A stretch of 62,467 bases of DNA, counting the filler, from Globobulimina sp. (Eukaryota), in the NCBI GenBank assembly GCA_003354225.1. It is 25 parts of 25 records of this genome, joined end to end, with 100 filler letters (N's around TTAATTAATTAA, not from the genome) between each part and the next. Parts side by side here need not be neighbours in the genome. Positions count along the whole stretch, not along the records: positions 22,540 to 24,942 come from PIVH01006880.1; positions 25,043 to 27,445 come from PIVH01006881.1; positions 27,546 to 29,948 come from PIVH01006882.1; positions 30,049 to 32,451 come from PIVH01006883.1; positions 32,552 to 34,953 come from PIVH01006884.1; 20 more parts are not named here. One strand, 5' to 3'. Every line of letters starts with the position of its first letter. Positions within the stretch are counted from its first letter, which is position 1. Under the pieces are notes generated by a model. The model worked only from the letters and a program-made list of their open reading frames with translations, was not told the DNA's origin and did no database searches. Positions 22,540 through 35,053 of this stretch are shown here, piece by piece. Both the position numbers and the translations under genes were made by a program.

Positions 22540-24942
22540 TGCGGAGCAGGAGCTACAAAGCACTCAATGCAAATTGTTGGAGTCCAAGCAAGTGAATAAG
22601 AAAGCCATTGAATGTCTGGGTTCTTTGTCGAGATTTTTGGCAAATAATGAATTAAAACTCATAATAAACACTTTGTGTGACAGCATCACCAAATGCATGA
22701 AAAATAGGGAATATTCGACATTGAAAAATCTATTCAATGCCGTCAATAAAATAAGCAATGATTACAAGAAAAATAAGAAAAACGGAGGCCTGTCGGCAGA
22801 GAGTGTGCGGAAATTATGTCTAATTATCATAAACGTGATTGGCGACGAAGAGGACAGCGACATTAAGAAACAAATTGAAATCCGAGAATACGGCTTTATG
22901 GCTTTGGAGACGTTGATTAAAAACAGTGTGTCCAGCAACATCATAGCTTTGTTTATGCAGTTTTTGAGCGTGTTGTCCAATGCGTTGAGCTATGATCCGA
23001 ATTATAATCAATTGCAACAAGATAACGAGCCGCAGAATGAACAGAAGCAACCAGAGGAGGAATGTTCTGTTTTTAGTTAGTTTACTTATATAATTTGACA
23101 CAGAAACAAACAAAAACAGGCAAATACCGGCTGGACAGACGACGACGATGACGATTCATGGGGCAATAATGACGACGATGATGGATTTATAAATGACGGG
23201 AAAGCAGCAGAGAATGAGGAAGATTTGGCATATTTCTCCAAATTGGATGAGTTGAATCAGAATTTAGAGGACGATGACGATGATTCGTGGAAAGTGCGAC
23301 GATCATCGAATAAGTGTTTATTAGCTATGATAAATATATTAATCAATACCCGGCGGGATTTTAATCCCAATATGTTTCGGTTGATCAAAGAAAGACTGAT
23401 CAATAAATTGTTATTGCTGTTAAATAGGAGATGTTGCGAACGTGTTTTGAAAATCAAATTAAATGTATTCAATACGTATAACACTTTATTGGTACATTTA
23501 ATTGCAATCAATTCCAATCCAAATATTTATATAACTTTAGATGGAAATGTATTGAATGTTGTATGTGCGCAGATTAATAATGAACAATATTTAAACGAAG
23601 TTGTGATGGATATTAAATATAATAACAATCCGCAACTTTATCACTCTTTTTTTCATACATTAAGCAATATATTATTACTATATACACAAAATTATAATGC
23701 ATTGCCGCCATTTATAGACAATATTTTACCGCTTTGTATCTCCACAATGAGCCATTATCAAAATGATAAATGGAACGAAGCCATCACCGCCGCGTTTCAA
23801 TGCTGTTGCCATATTTATAACAATGACACGGATCACAGAGTAGAGATTGGAAACGTATTTGATTTGAGTATAGAGATTGGAAGCAATTGCACATCCAATG
23901 AAGTATTAGAAGCAATGTACGAAAGTATGGCGATAATCGCAAAATATTTAGATGCGAAGCAACAGGAAATATCCTTAAAACAATGCATTGAACGGTTACA
24001 AGAAAGGGCACAGCAACAACAAAATGTGATTAATTCGACTGTCTTATGTCTCACTGGCTTGATTTCAAATATTTCAAATGTTCCATCCATATTTGATGAT
24101 AAAAGTAATATTGATTTTGTGCAAAATATATTAATGACTGGTTTGCAAATAAGCGATGAGTTAATGACAAATTAAGTATCGCTTGTATAAAATGTATAAA
24201 ATCATTAGATTTGTATGACGAGAAAAGCGTATGTATCATTATCAAATCTATTGTACAAAAACTATCATTGTTCTTGAAACAAAATTCGTTGAATGTCCGT
24301 TTTTTGTCATTGAATGGATTGTTATTAACATTCAATAAATATCCCGAGCTATGCGCAGAATTTCAACTGTCAATGTCTGAACTCATTGCTTTATTGAAAC
24401 ATACATTGAATGAATCATGCGATCGCTTAAAAGATTTGTTGTCTGTTATTATTTATCTATTTGATGCACAATGTATGTTATACAATAATTATAATTTGAA
24501 AAATATCTTCAATGTATTGCAGATTGTCACTAATTCGAATGCCATTCATCCGGTTTTATTTCCTTTATGGACGCGTCTATTTTGCTTACTTGCGCATAAA
24601 ATGAAAATGCAGCTGAATGTGAGTGATGATGACGAATTGATAGCATTACTGCACAGGTTTCATGACAAATTAATTCAAAATAATATGATTTTATCGACCA
24701 AAGCTGCCAAATATCAGTCATGTTGTTGCGCTGTGTGGCTATTGAATGAGTTTGTAAATATTGAAAGTGTGCAGCAATTTTTTATGCAATTTACGGAGGA
24801 GGAGGAGGAGGAGGAGGAGAAGGAGGATATTAATAATAATAGAAATATGATGTCAAAGGAAATCAATCGTATTTTAATTGGCGAGTTGGTGATAATCAAT
24901 AAAAATACTGGTGCGATTGTTAATCGAATTCTTGATCCTTTC
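22540..24942 (+). CDS. CAND1: CAND1/TIP120-like HEAT-repeat protein, divergent internal fragment with introns
   Basis: LSYDPNY followed by an acidic loop and DDDDDSWKVRRSSNKCL, the CAND1 signature; helical repeats either side. Confidence 0.75.
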
Positions 24943-25042
24943 NNNNNNNNNNNNNNNNNNNNNNNNNNNNNNNNNNNNNNNNNNNNTTAATTAATTAANN
25001 NNNNNNNNNNNNNNNNNNNNNNNNNNNNNNNNNNNNNNNNNN

Positions 25043-25331
25043 CGGCGTTATTGTGTTGATGCAAATTGCAGTGATTATATATTTGGATAAGACACTTCCT
25101 TGGAAAGATTGGATGGATTCAAAAGATACACCATTGGAGAACTTAATGTTGGTGCCATTGTCCCCTTATTCTCAATGTTTGTTTATAATGTTTAATTGTT
25201 ATATGATTGCAAGTGTCGGCATTATATACTTTGCACAATATCTGGCATTGGTAATATTTGGAATAATAATTTATATTTTGTATGGATATCGACATAGTAA
25301 TATGAACCTTTCAAGGCAACCATTACTGTAA
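25043..25331 (+). CDS. Cationic amino-acid transporter (APC family), C-terminal fragment
   Basis: VPLSPY...FN.YMI...GIIIYILYGYRHS matches the AA-permease C-terminal motif. Confidence 0.8.
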
Positions 25332-25919
25332 ATAAACTTTCTATTTACAAAGCTTGGAATATACTCTTTCTCATTGATATACATTCTATAACATTAGAGT
25401 TTTCCTATTTAACCTTGATTTTGCTTAACGATTGGATAACCTCCCCCTGGATTAGCAAACCTAAGACAAAGTTATAACAAACACAGAACAAACCCAAGAC
25501 AACATAAAGAAAACAGTTTCTGGATTTGCAATTAAAGCGTTTCTCAGATAATTGAATCAAATGTTATCTTTTGGAATATATCGTTTAAATGAATCTTTCT
25601 GTTCGCTGGCCACATGATTAATCCTATCACCAAGATAACGGTAATTGCTGTCTGGAAAAAGTTATTTTCAAAACTCGTACTAAAAAAAACAAAATCTCAG
25701 GATTTTTTCTCAAACGTATAGAAAGTACTCGATTCTATAAAAGTAATAGAATATATTATTCTAATCGTTGAAATGAAACGAAACGAAACTAAACCAAAAT
25801 TATAGACACATTATATTATTTATACAAGTTTTAATTAAAAATATGGTGTTGCCTCTATACCTTTATTATTATGAATTAAATTTTGAACATTTTTATGTAA
25901 ATCCAATCTATCTTTGAAA

Positions 25920-27140
25920 TTAACAATACCCCAAACTCTCCAATCTGATAATGTTGGTGCATAATATGCATGGTGCATTCGTTGGTACATTCGAAGGTGA
26001 GATAGTATGCAACTGCCCATTATCAGGAAACACAATATTTAACGAATAAAATATAGTTTTTGAAAAATATGTTCCAAGTCCCACGGACCCTTTGTTAAAT
26101 GTTGAATCAGAGATTGAAAATAAATATATATTGTTAAGGCTCACCGCAAAATTATTACCAGAAACAACAACTTTTAATGTGTTCCGTGTATTCATAAACA
26201 GCAGATCGTTATCTTCGCCATAACTCTCCGAATAATCATATATATTAACAAAGTCTCCCCAGCTATGATACTCGAACCAATCCACTCCCCCATCTACGGT
26301 CGAATTACCTATATACGCACTCATTACGTATGTCAGCCCACGAGATACTGTGCGATAAATAATGTTAGCATCTGGGGAATAATTTGCCGCACGGTCTACA
26401 ATATTAAATTCCATACTCAGTGTATAATCTGTCCAATCTCCACTGGTTATGTCCCGATCATACATCCATACCAAAGCATTTCCCGACGCTGTATTCTGTT
26501 GTGTCAACTCACAGGAATTCGCGTCATACGTCCAGGTCCCAGTGAGTACACTAAATCGTTTTGCATAATCACATAAATAATTATATGCCGGGTCGCTGTT
26601 ACCAGTATACACCGTTAAAGCATATATTGTTGCATTCAATGGTGAATTCCACGGCTTTCCAATATACATATTTTTGTTGGATAATATTGAATGCGACGCA
26701 ATGGATGAATTGTAAATGGTGGAAGAATCGACAGTGAGTTGGACAAACTGATGAGTTATATCAAATTGGAAATGATAGGTTTGGCCCAAAGTGAGTGGTG
26801 TTGATGATTGCCAATGTTGTGATGGGTCGGAAATGCCATTGAATTCGATCTGGAATGTTTTCCGGTCTGCATCCACATGAATTGATGGATAGTTTTCTGT
26901 TTGGTCATCTCCAAAATGTAATATATTTGCGAGTGGTGTGGACGATGAAAATGAGTGGATTACGATGTCAAACTGAATTTGTACGTCGTCTAAAATATCA
27001 ATAACGCCAATTAGATTTGATGCGGATGGAATTCTCATATTGTTTGCATTGTCATCTATTACGTATATGGGGGTTAAGGGCATGAACAATGAATAAAACA
27101 GAAACACCCATCTGTGCGGAACGCATTGTTTTTGAGTCAC
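25920..27140 (-). CDS. Secreted protein with two beta-sandwich domains (LamG-like plus DUF1080-like)
   Basis: Hydrophobic leader; IDILDDVQIQF..NILHFG..YPSIHV module; WTDYTLSMEF...LKVVVSGNNF..SLN...DSTFNKGSVGL. Confidence 0.7.
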   Translation of the reverse strand: MTQKQCVPHRWVFLFYSLFMPLTPIYVIDDNANNMRIPSASNLIGVIDILDDVQIQFDIVIHSFSSSTPLANILHFGDDQTENYPSIHVDADRKTFQIEFNGISDPSQHWQSSTPLTLGQTYHFQFDITHQFVQLTVDSSTIYNSSIASHSILSNKNMYIGKPWNSPLNATIYALTVYTGNSDPAYNYLCDYAKRFSVLTGTWTYDANSCELTQQNTASGNALVWMYDRDITSGDWTDYTLSMEFNIVDRAANYSPDANIIYRTVSRGLTYVMSAYIGNSTVDGGVDWFEYHSWGDFVNIYDYSESYGEDNDLLFMNTRNTLKVVVSGNNFAVSLNNIYLFSISDSTFNKGSVGLGTYFSKTIFYSLNIVFPDNGQLHTISPSNVPTNAPCILCTNIIRLESLGYC

Positions 27141-27850
27141 TCCTCCGGCCTCAACTTTTGTTTATTTTCTGTGGCCAGCAACCATGTCAGTTTTGTCTCA
27201 ACTCGACCACAGATTGGTAATGGATGCGGCCAAAAGATTAAAAAACGTGGTAACAAGAACACACGTTCTTGAATCATCATATTTCAACAAAGCAACTGGT
27301 TGCAATGTTTATTTTAAATGTGAAAATTTCCAAAGAGTTATATAAAATATATTCACTACCAATCAACACCAAAATATCTCAACTATTTAATTGTTTACAG
27401 ACCGGTGTTTTTAAGTTCCGTGGAGCGTCCAACGCAGTGAGTCTTNNNNNNNNNNNNNNNNNNNNNNNNNNNNNNNNNNNNNNNNNNNNTTAATTAATTA
27501 ANNNNNNNNNNNNNNNNNNNNNNNNNNNNNNNNNNNNNNNNNNNNGGGTAAGTAATGACACAAAACAACCAAGAGCATTCGGATCAACGCTAATGAAGAA
27601 GATCATTCATCACTCGGTAAAAATCGTATCAAATGAGCTACCAACTTATCACAAATTCTTTGATTTTAACAAAATGCCTCTTATAGACATTTAAAACAAA
27701 TAAGTAATTGATAACAGACATAGAGGTCAAGTTTATTTTTATTCTTAGTCATGAATTTGATTAAATCTAAACTATTTTCAGTTCATAGCACCAATCGATC
27801 TCCTAGAGGTATGGCAAGAACCCAAAGCTAAAAGGAATAGCAGGAAGGCA

Positions 27851-28498
27851 TGTAATGATAAAGGATTTATATTACAATTAATGACCAACAGCTGCTGCTC
27901 TGCGTCCTTTCCATTTCGACGCGGCCAAGTTCGCAAATGATCCGCCGTTGGCTTGATCAACTGACGCTCAGGACAGATGCCAACTTAAAGTGATTACGCC
28001 TACGGTAGCAGCTAAATTCCGGACAAATTAGACGCCAATTTATGCGACGCCTGGCCTTTCCGACGACATATTACCACATTATTATGGACAGAAATATATT
28101 TGCATACCATTATCTATTATTATGCAGTGACTATACGAACTGTAAACTATACGATTATGTCTTGATATCATTATTCATTGTTGGTTGGAAGTTTTGTTAC
28201 ATTGGTTGGTGATTTGAGTGGTTATCCGTTGCTCATCATTTTTATACCTTGCTTATTGTTCTTTTGTGTTATCGTAAAGAAGTTCATCGAAATCAGGTAC
28301 ACCTTTTACCATGCAGAGTAGTGTAGCCTTCTCTAAGTGAGCCGATTATTATTATTGTTGCTCTCGACATCGCATTTCATCTCGCCTAAACAATTTAACA
28401 GTTGCCTCGTGTGGTCGTTTTCATAAGAGCGCCGTGAACCGAGTTCTGGAGTGCTCACATTGATAACATTTATACATTACATGAGGTATACTGTTACA
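27851..28498 (+). mobile_element. Putative 5' LTR of a Ty3/gypsy-type retrotransposon
   Basis: Begins TGTAATG (27851); ends TGTTACA (28498), with a perfect inverse CATTACA at 28475-28481 as alternative end; followed by a PBS-like TGG motif and a gag-like ORF. No second LTR is available to confirm boundaries. Confidence 0.55.
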
Positions 28499-28499
28499 G

Positions 28500-28511
28500 T
28501 GGTGGAAGCTG
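28500..28511 (+). promoter_or_regulatory. Putative primer-binding site TGGTGGAAGCTG
   Basis: TGG-initiated tract 1 nt after ...TTACA, complementary to a tRNA 3' end ending CCACCA. Confidence 0.5.
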
Positions 28512-28589
28512 ACTTGTGTTGTTTTGTGTTATTACTTGGATTTCCGAGAGGAGGATCTATTATAACGACCTTTTATCACAGCATACAGT

Positions 28590-29948
28590 ATGTCCGACTT
28601 ATCTCAATGTAATCAATCTCGTCCTAAAATGCGATTGCATAGATCAAAATCGTCCAATAGTCTTGCTTTCGGATTACCCGTAATATCGAAATCGAAACAT
28701 CAAACCCCAACAGTCGAGGGTCGCGAAACAATGCCAAAAACATTCCGTACAAGGCAGTCTAGCGAAAATTCACAGCCAAAAGGTAGACTTGGTGACACAG
28801 ATGATAAATCTTTCGAAATTCCCGATTTTTTGCATACGTTACGAAGTGAGACACCAAAACGGGACGGAAATATCGAAACGGGTGCAGTTGAGGGTGAAAA
28901 ACAACCCCAAAATTTTTTGTGTACTAAACCTAATGATCAGTCGATTGATTTGCCTAAAAGGCCGACCGAACAGGAGAAAAACCCTGTACATACATCGCCA
29001 TCGATCGGATCGAGTGAACCTATCGCATCATCGACTAAAAGCGGTTATGTAGACAATTTTACGGGTGTTGTTTCGAGTTTATTTAATTATTTGGGTACGG
29101 CGGCGCGCGACCAGCAAAAACAGCCAAATTTAGTCGATCAATCTGCGGTTACGGACGTTTACAAAGAAGTCGATCGTTTACGAAAAGAAAACGAACAGTT
29201 AAAACTTGTAAGTGTGCAAAATCGCATAGAATTAAGTCGTGAACGTGCGCATCAGGTTGAGCTTGAGAACGAGTGTAAACAACTATTAGAATCGTCACAA
29301 CACACAGTACAGGCAGTAGTTAATGACCCAAATGTACAAGAAATGCAAACTTTTTATAGGAATGAATTATCACATTCACAACAAACGTCACAAGACCATT
29401 TGGGAAAGAATATTACTGTTGGTATTTCGTACAAACCTCAAGTTCAAATGAACCCTTCAATTGGTCAACATTTGACACAAGTGACTCGAAATTCGTCCAA
29501 ATTGCCTCATGGTATTCAACCGATTTCTCAAACTGACAATGACACAGGTAAATTAAAGGGAAATCAGCCTCAAGTACCTATTAACTTAAGCTGTCATAAT
29601 CAACTATTGCCTAAGCGACAGACCGAGTCACGTCAGATTGAACGTGGACTGTCAACAAAAGGTCAATCGCAGATTAGTCAAGTTGATTGTGAAAAAATCG
29701 ATCAAGTGTCAGGGGCTCAAGGGTATTCATTATGCGACACCATAGAAACAAAACCAAATGACAAAAAAATCGATCGAACAGTTTTTGTTGATAAATTCCG
29801 TCCCCAATTCGATCATTGTGTTATCACACCAGAGTTAATTTTTTCGGGCTTACAGGATGAAAATTTAGAATCTTGGATCGATAAAGCCCATTTAGTATGT
29901 AAATTACAGGGTAATCGTAACTTTTTTGAAGAATTTTTATTTCTTTTT
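28590..29948 (+). CDS. Gag-like protein of an LTR retrotransposon with long N-terminal extension, 3'-truncated
   Basis: Intronless; C-terminal FSGLQDENLESWIDKAHLVCKLQG resembles the start of Ty3/gypsy capsid domains (FSG....(V/L)..W+.K..LVC.L.G). Confidence 0.6.
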
Positions 29949-30075
29949 NNNNNNNNNNNNNNNNNNNNNNNNNNNNNNNNNNNNNNNNNNNNTTAATTAA
30001 TTAANNNNNNNNNNNNNNNNNNNNNNNNNNNNNNNNNNNNNNNNNNNNATTGTCATGGTCGTGGATTTATAGTAG

Positions 30076-30786
30076 GAATATGCTTATTGTCCATCTACAT
30101 TGCAACCACCGACACGATATCAATGCGCAAACTGTCATAACAATACAGTATTTATTGAATATGATATACAACAACATACAAATATGAATAATAACAAACA
30201 ACATGGTCCACATCGAAAGGATTTGTGTCAAGCATGTGATTTGTGGGGTGATTGCAGATCATTTTTTGTTCAACCTTCTGTGATTTATGAATCATTAAAT
30301 AATTTCCATCGTACTCAAACTAAATGGAGTATGGATAAGAATGGAGAGGGCATAAATTGTTCGTTTGTAATGAGGAATAAGTCATATTCGTTTACAACTA
30401 CACCGTATTGTAAATGTGTAAAAGTGAATGCAAATAAATATTATGAGAGAGAAAGAGAAGAAGCAAACAATGAGAGAATTCAAAGAGACTTTGACAGAGA
30501 GAGAGAAAGACAAAAACAGGAAACGGAGGAAAGAGAAAGACGAAGACAAAGAGAAATACAAAGATACTTTGACAGAGAGAGAGAGAGAGAGAGAGAAAGA
30601 GAAAGAGAAGAAAGAATATGGGCATTTGAAAAAAGAGAAATGGAACAAGTGCGAAAGGAAAATGAAGAAATGGAACAACAGCAACAGCAAAAAAACGTGC
30701 ATACTTCAAACATGAAATATATGTTAATTGCTGTTGGTTCTGTTGCTGCGTTGGCTTTGTATTTTTTTCGACCAAAATTAAAATGA
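30076..30786 (+). CDS. Tail-anchored protein with partial 3CxxC-type zinc finger and RE-rich helix (terminal exon)
   Basis: YQCANC...GPHRKDLCQACDLWGDC; (RE)n tract encoded by GA repeats; C-terminal TM YMLIAVGSVAALALYFF then RPKLK. Confidence 0.55.
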   Translation, partial: EYAYCPSTLQPPTRYQCANCHNNTVFIEYDIQQHTNMNNNKQHGPHRKDLCQACDLWGDCRSFFVQPSVIYESLNNFHRTQTKWSMDKNGEGINCSFVMRNKSYSFTTTPYCKCVKVNANKYYEREREEANNERIQRDFDRERERQKQETEERERRRQREIQRYFDREREREREREREERIWAFEKREMEQVRKENEEMEQQQQQKNVHTSNMKYMLIAVGSVAALALYFFRPKLK

Positions 30787-31019
30787 CATGTTCTCTGCGT
30801 TTATCTGTATACAGTGATGTATCTGTACATAGTGATGTATCTGTTAATTTGATTGTGTCCATGTTGTTTTTAGTTGAATTTTAATATGGTATCATGGTAC
30901 ATAACGTTGTTTCAATCGAGAAAGTTGTTATATTTCACACTGCAATGATATTTGTATTGGATTTAATTGTATAGCTACAGAGTTTAACGCAAAAGTTTTC
31001 CATAAAAAAACACACAGTG

Positions 31020-32451
31020 TCAATGGAAGGCAGTTGACGCTCCTTCATTACTATTGTCATCATTTTGATGTGCACCATTAAGTAATGATTTTATATGATT
31101 CAACAATGATTTGCTATCTTTAAAATCACGAATACCCCACGACATTATATCATTTCTATCCACCTCCGCTAAACAACTGCCATCCACATTTTGTTGACTC
31201 AAACAAGATTGTAATATATTTTCATATTTTGCAAATCTTTCAGATTCTAAGGAAACAATCCAATGAATCAACTGACTCGAATCCCAATTTGCATATTCTT
31301 CTACATTCAAATTCTCCAATTTTAATTGTTTTATTTCATTTTTTAACTCCAAATTTTCTATTTCCAATTCTTTTTTTTCATGTCGTATTATGGATAGTTT
31401 GTTGACAAACTTTAAAAAAAACAAAATCAATGTTTTATATTTTATATCTTCGCAAACACATAAAAATATAACCTCTCTATTTTCTGTCTGTAAACCAGAT
31501 ATTCGTTTCTTTGATTCCTCATTCAATTCCTAATTATAATTTATTTAAAATATTATATTTAATTATATCAATAAAACAAATATCAAAACTTTTAAATGTG
31601 TTATTTGATTCTTCAATGCCTCAATCTCACTCTTTTGAATGAACTCATCTTTTTTTTCCTTCTCTCTCTGTGCAATCAACTCATATTTACGTTTATATTC
31701 ATTAATATCCACAGCATTCCCTCCCAAATCAGTGAGTTTCATGGATTGTATCTTCAAAGCAAACGTGATCTGATTACAATCCTTCAACTGATTTGTATAA
31801 AGCCGTTTCGATTGTTTTTGAATAAATTTCTGTTTATTATGATTCAAATCGCATGTACCTGATAACAATGTTTTGTTCAATTCTTTAATTTCAATTTCAA
31901 ATTTAATGTTTGCAGCTTTAATATTTTCAGGTAAATCTTTCAAACACAATGCTATGGAAGGTCTGTCAATATGATTTTTTTCCTCTCTCTCAATTGGTTC
32001 ATCAATAAAAATGTCTGTTTCTGGAGCAACAATGCAAACATTATCAACATAGAGGCCAGACACAGTAAGGTCCACCACTTCAAATTCTACATCAGCATTC
32101 ATTTTAGAAATTTTATAAATATCCCCAATGCGAACTGGACGATAAGCGTCTTGGAAATATTGTTTTATATAATTATTCCATAATTCGTTTGCGATTGTTT
32201 CTGTACTTAAATGTTTTTTACGTTTGCTATGTTTTCCGCCATACTTACTTGCACCAAATGGGCGTGAATCACATAGAAATTGTCCAGTAATAGTATCTTT
32301 CAATGGCGATAAACGAATATTATCACCATAGCGGGTACCTACAGCTACAGAAATTGCTGCAGTATCACCATATTCACAACCAATATTTTTCCTGACTACA
32401 TCATTAACTTTAATTGCTTCATTATTTACCACATCATTGGCTAGTATAATT
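31020..32451 (-). CDS. Multi-domain protein: CDC48/p97 N-domain, beta-rich (MATH-like) segment, coiled coil, SAM domain; 5'-truncated, introns near 31400-31590
   Basis: IKVNDVVRKNIGCEYGD, PLKDTITG, YIKQYFQDAYRPVRIGD, VEFEVV, CIVAPETDIF..EPIERE; C-terminal WDSSQLIHWI...NVDGSCL...WGI. Confidence 0.8.
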
Positions 32452-32551
32452 NNNNNNNNNNNNNNNNNNNNNNNNNNNNNNNNNNNNNNNNNNNNTTAAT
32501 TAATTAANNNNNNNNNNNNNNNNNNNNNNNNNNNNNNNNNNNNNNNNNNNN

Positions 32552-34736
32552 ATCAAATTCATTCAAATCAAAACAAAAAAAAAATATTATCGATTCAGAA
32601 TGGGATATTTTAGGAATTATTTTGAATGAATTAAATGAGTCAATGAAAAATGAACAATCAAAGAAATTCGAGAAACAAAGGAAAAAAAATAAAAGTAAAT
32701 CTGGAACGTATCTGAAAGAAATCGGAAACAAAGAATTTCGTCAAAGTAATTATCAACAAGCAATAAATTATTACACTGAGGGTATATCAATTCATTATCA
32801 CATTGTCTCAATATTACTGAGTAATCGTTCCGCCGCATTGATTCATTTAAAAGAATATAAAAAAGCATTTAAAGACGCAACAATATCTGTTATACTTAAT
32901 TCAAATAATATTAAAGGTTGGTACCGTCGAACAATGACGGCATTTCTCTTAAACTTAGATGAAATCGGAAATGCTATTTCTCAACATTTTGAAGGAAAAA
33001 ACGAAACATTTACAAAAATGATATGTAAATTCAGATCTGATCAGAAAGAATATAAATATGACAACAAATTAGAAATAGAAAGCAAACCGAATGCGAAAGC
33101 GTTTATGAGCACAGACCAAATGGCGATGATGAATAATTTAATGAGTTCCATGCCATATGGTTCAAAACATTGTTATAGTTTGGTTAAAATGCCGGAATTT
33201 CACATATCATTTTCAAAAAAACGTAAATATCCGACAGGTTCAGATGCAAATCAATGCTATGAACGGTTACATACAGCATATGAGGTTGCTCGTGGTATTC
33301 GAATGCATGAATTTAATATTTTACGAAAAGACTATGTGATGAGTTCAAGTGATATTGTAACTCGACTTGGCAATGTCACTGAGAAGAGGATAAAATGGTG
33401 GTATCATGCTAAACGTGGTGATATTGATATGAATTATTTTGAGGATCAAGATAAAATGGGATATAATATTGCGAATCAATGGAAAACTACATTCCATTCC
33501 TTTAGTAATGCGCCAGATTGTGATATCATAATATTTAGTGGTCAAACACATATCGCTGTAGGTTTTTGTGATTTGGGGTTATTAACGAAATGTAAAATTC
33601 GCAAATCTGAAAAAAATGGACCAGTGAAATTTGTTGGTGTTGATTTGTCGGCATATTCCATTGCTAAATCATATGTCATTCATGAAATGTTAAAAGATAG
33701 ACAAATATCAATTGAATCGATTTTAGAGGTTTGGTATTCTGCCACATGGAGCAAATTAACAAAATCAGATTTTTATCAGATCCTGGATAAGATCTTGAAA
33801 ACGCATAAAATTGACGATGCAGTATGGAACTTTATACAACATTGGCAACATTGTAAAGGAATTAGTATCACGCGAGCAAGAAAAGAATGGCACCAATCAT
33901 TAACAGATAAATTTTCACTCATTGGCTGTTTCAATAATTTAGATGATATGTATGATTATGCAGAATATGTATTGTCTGGAGATATATTGAGAGAAAATGT
34001 GAATAGTTTCTGTGGAAATATTACGATGTTTCATAATCCCAAAGGCGCAGAAAAACACAAAAATGAAAATGTTTTTCAGATCATGGAAATGAATAAGTTA
34101 TTTGTTGAGACCTGGGAACAGTGCAAATCATTGAAAAACACAGTCAGATTAATATTATTGCAAAATATCAAGAAATTGAAAAATCGTATATTGAATAAAG
34201 AAGTTGTTGTGCAGTTCATCCATGATACGTTAACACCAAATAATAAACCATTAATAAACAAATTAAAACATATGAAGCCATACTCAGTGAGTTGGAGTAA
34301 TTGCATTGATTATATTCATCCAACCAAATTGCATAAAATGGCAAAACAAATTGGAGATAAAGATTGTGTACATTTTGCCTATTCCATGAATTGGGCGTAT
34401 TCCATACAAGGAGCCCACATTTTGGATTGTAACACAGTCGATGGCAAACGGCAAATGATAGAAATATCGAAAACAGCAATTAAAATGGTTTGGACTGACT
34501 TGGGGATTGATAAAATATTTAAATTTCCTCCAATTGATAATGTATTGAACTTTGGGAGTGCAGCCCATATAATGTATTTCCAACGGGAATGGATTAAATG
34601 GTTTTTAAGCGCGGAAATCGCAAATTCGAATATTAAATATTGTGAAGATAGTATCATTGCATTGTATTATTCTCCATTACATCGAGCAAATACTGTTATG
34701 AATTTTTGTTGGTCATATGATGAAGAGATTGTTTAA
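32552..34736 (+). CDS. TPR-repeat protein with a large C-terminal domain (possible Rossmann/methyltransferase-like)
   Basis: LKEIGNKEF...YQQAINYYTEGI..LLSNRSAA..KGWYRR (3 TPRs); HIAVGFCDLG, FVGVDLSAYSIAK, SWSNCIDY. Confidence 0.8.
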
Positions 34737-35053
34737 TTGTCCTTTTGCAAGTAACGTGGAAACAGCTAGATTTGATTTAGTATTTAGTGATTCTGTGATT
34801 GTCTTTTTTATTGATTGTGACTGTGACATGACAAGACTTACAATATACAAATTCATGTTTGATATTATTTTTCCTGTTTTTTGTTACAAACTTTTTAAGA
34901 AATTTTTCAAAAGTTTTTGCTCGATGTAATGGAGAATAAGGAAATGCAATGATNNNNNNNNNNNNNNNNNNNNNNNNNNNNNNNNNNNNNNNNNNNNTTA
35001 ATTAATTAANNNNNNNNNNNNNNNNNNNNNNNNNNNNNNNNNNNNNNNNNNNN

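Noticed and set aside
30382-30862. Several hydrophobic F/S/L-rich minus-strand ORFs
   Set aside because: Antisense reading of the GA-rich RE/ER tract.
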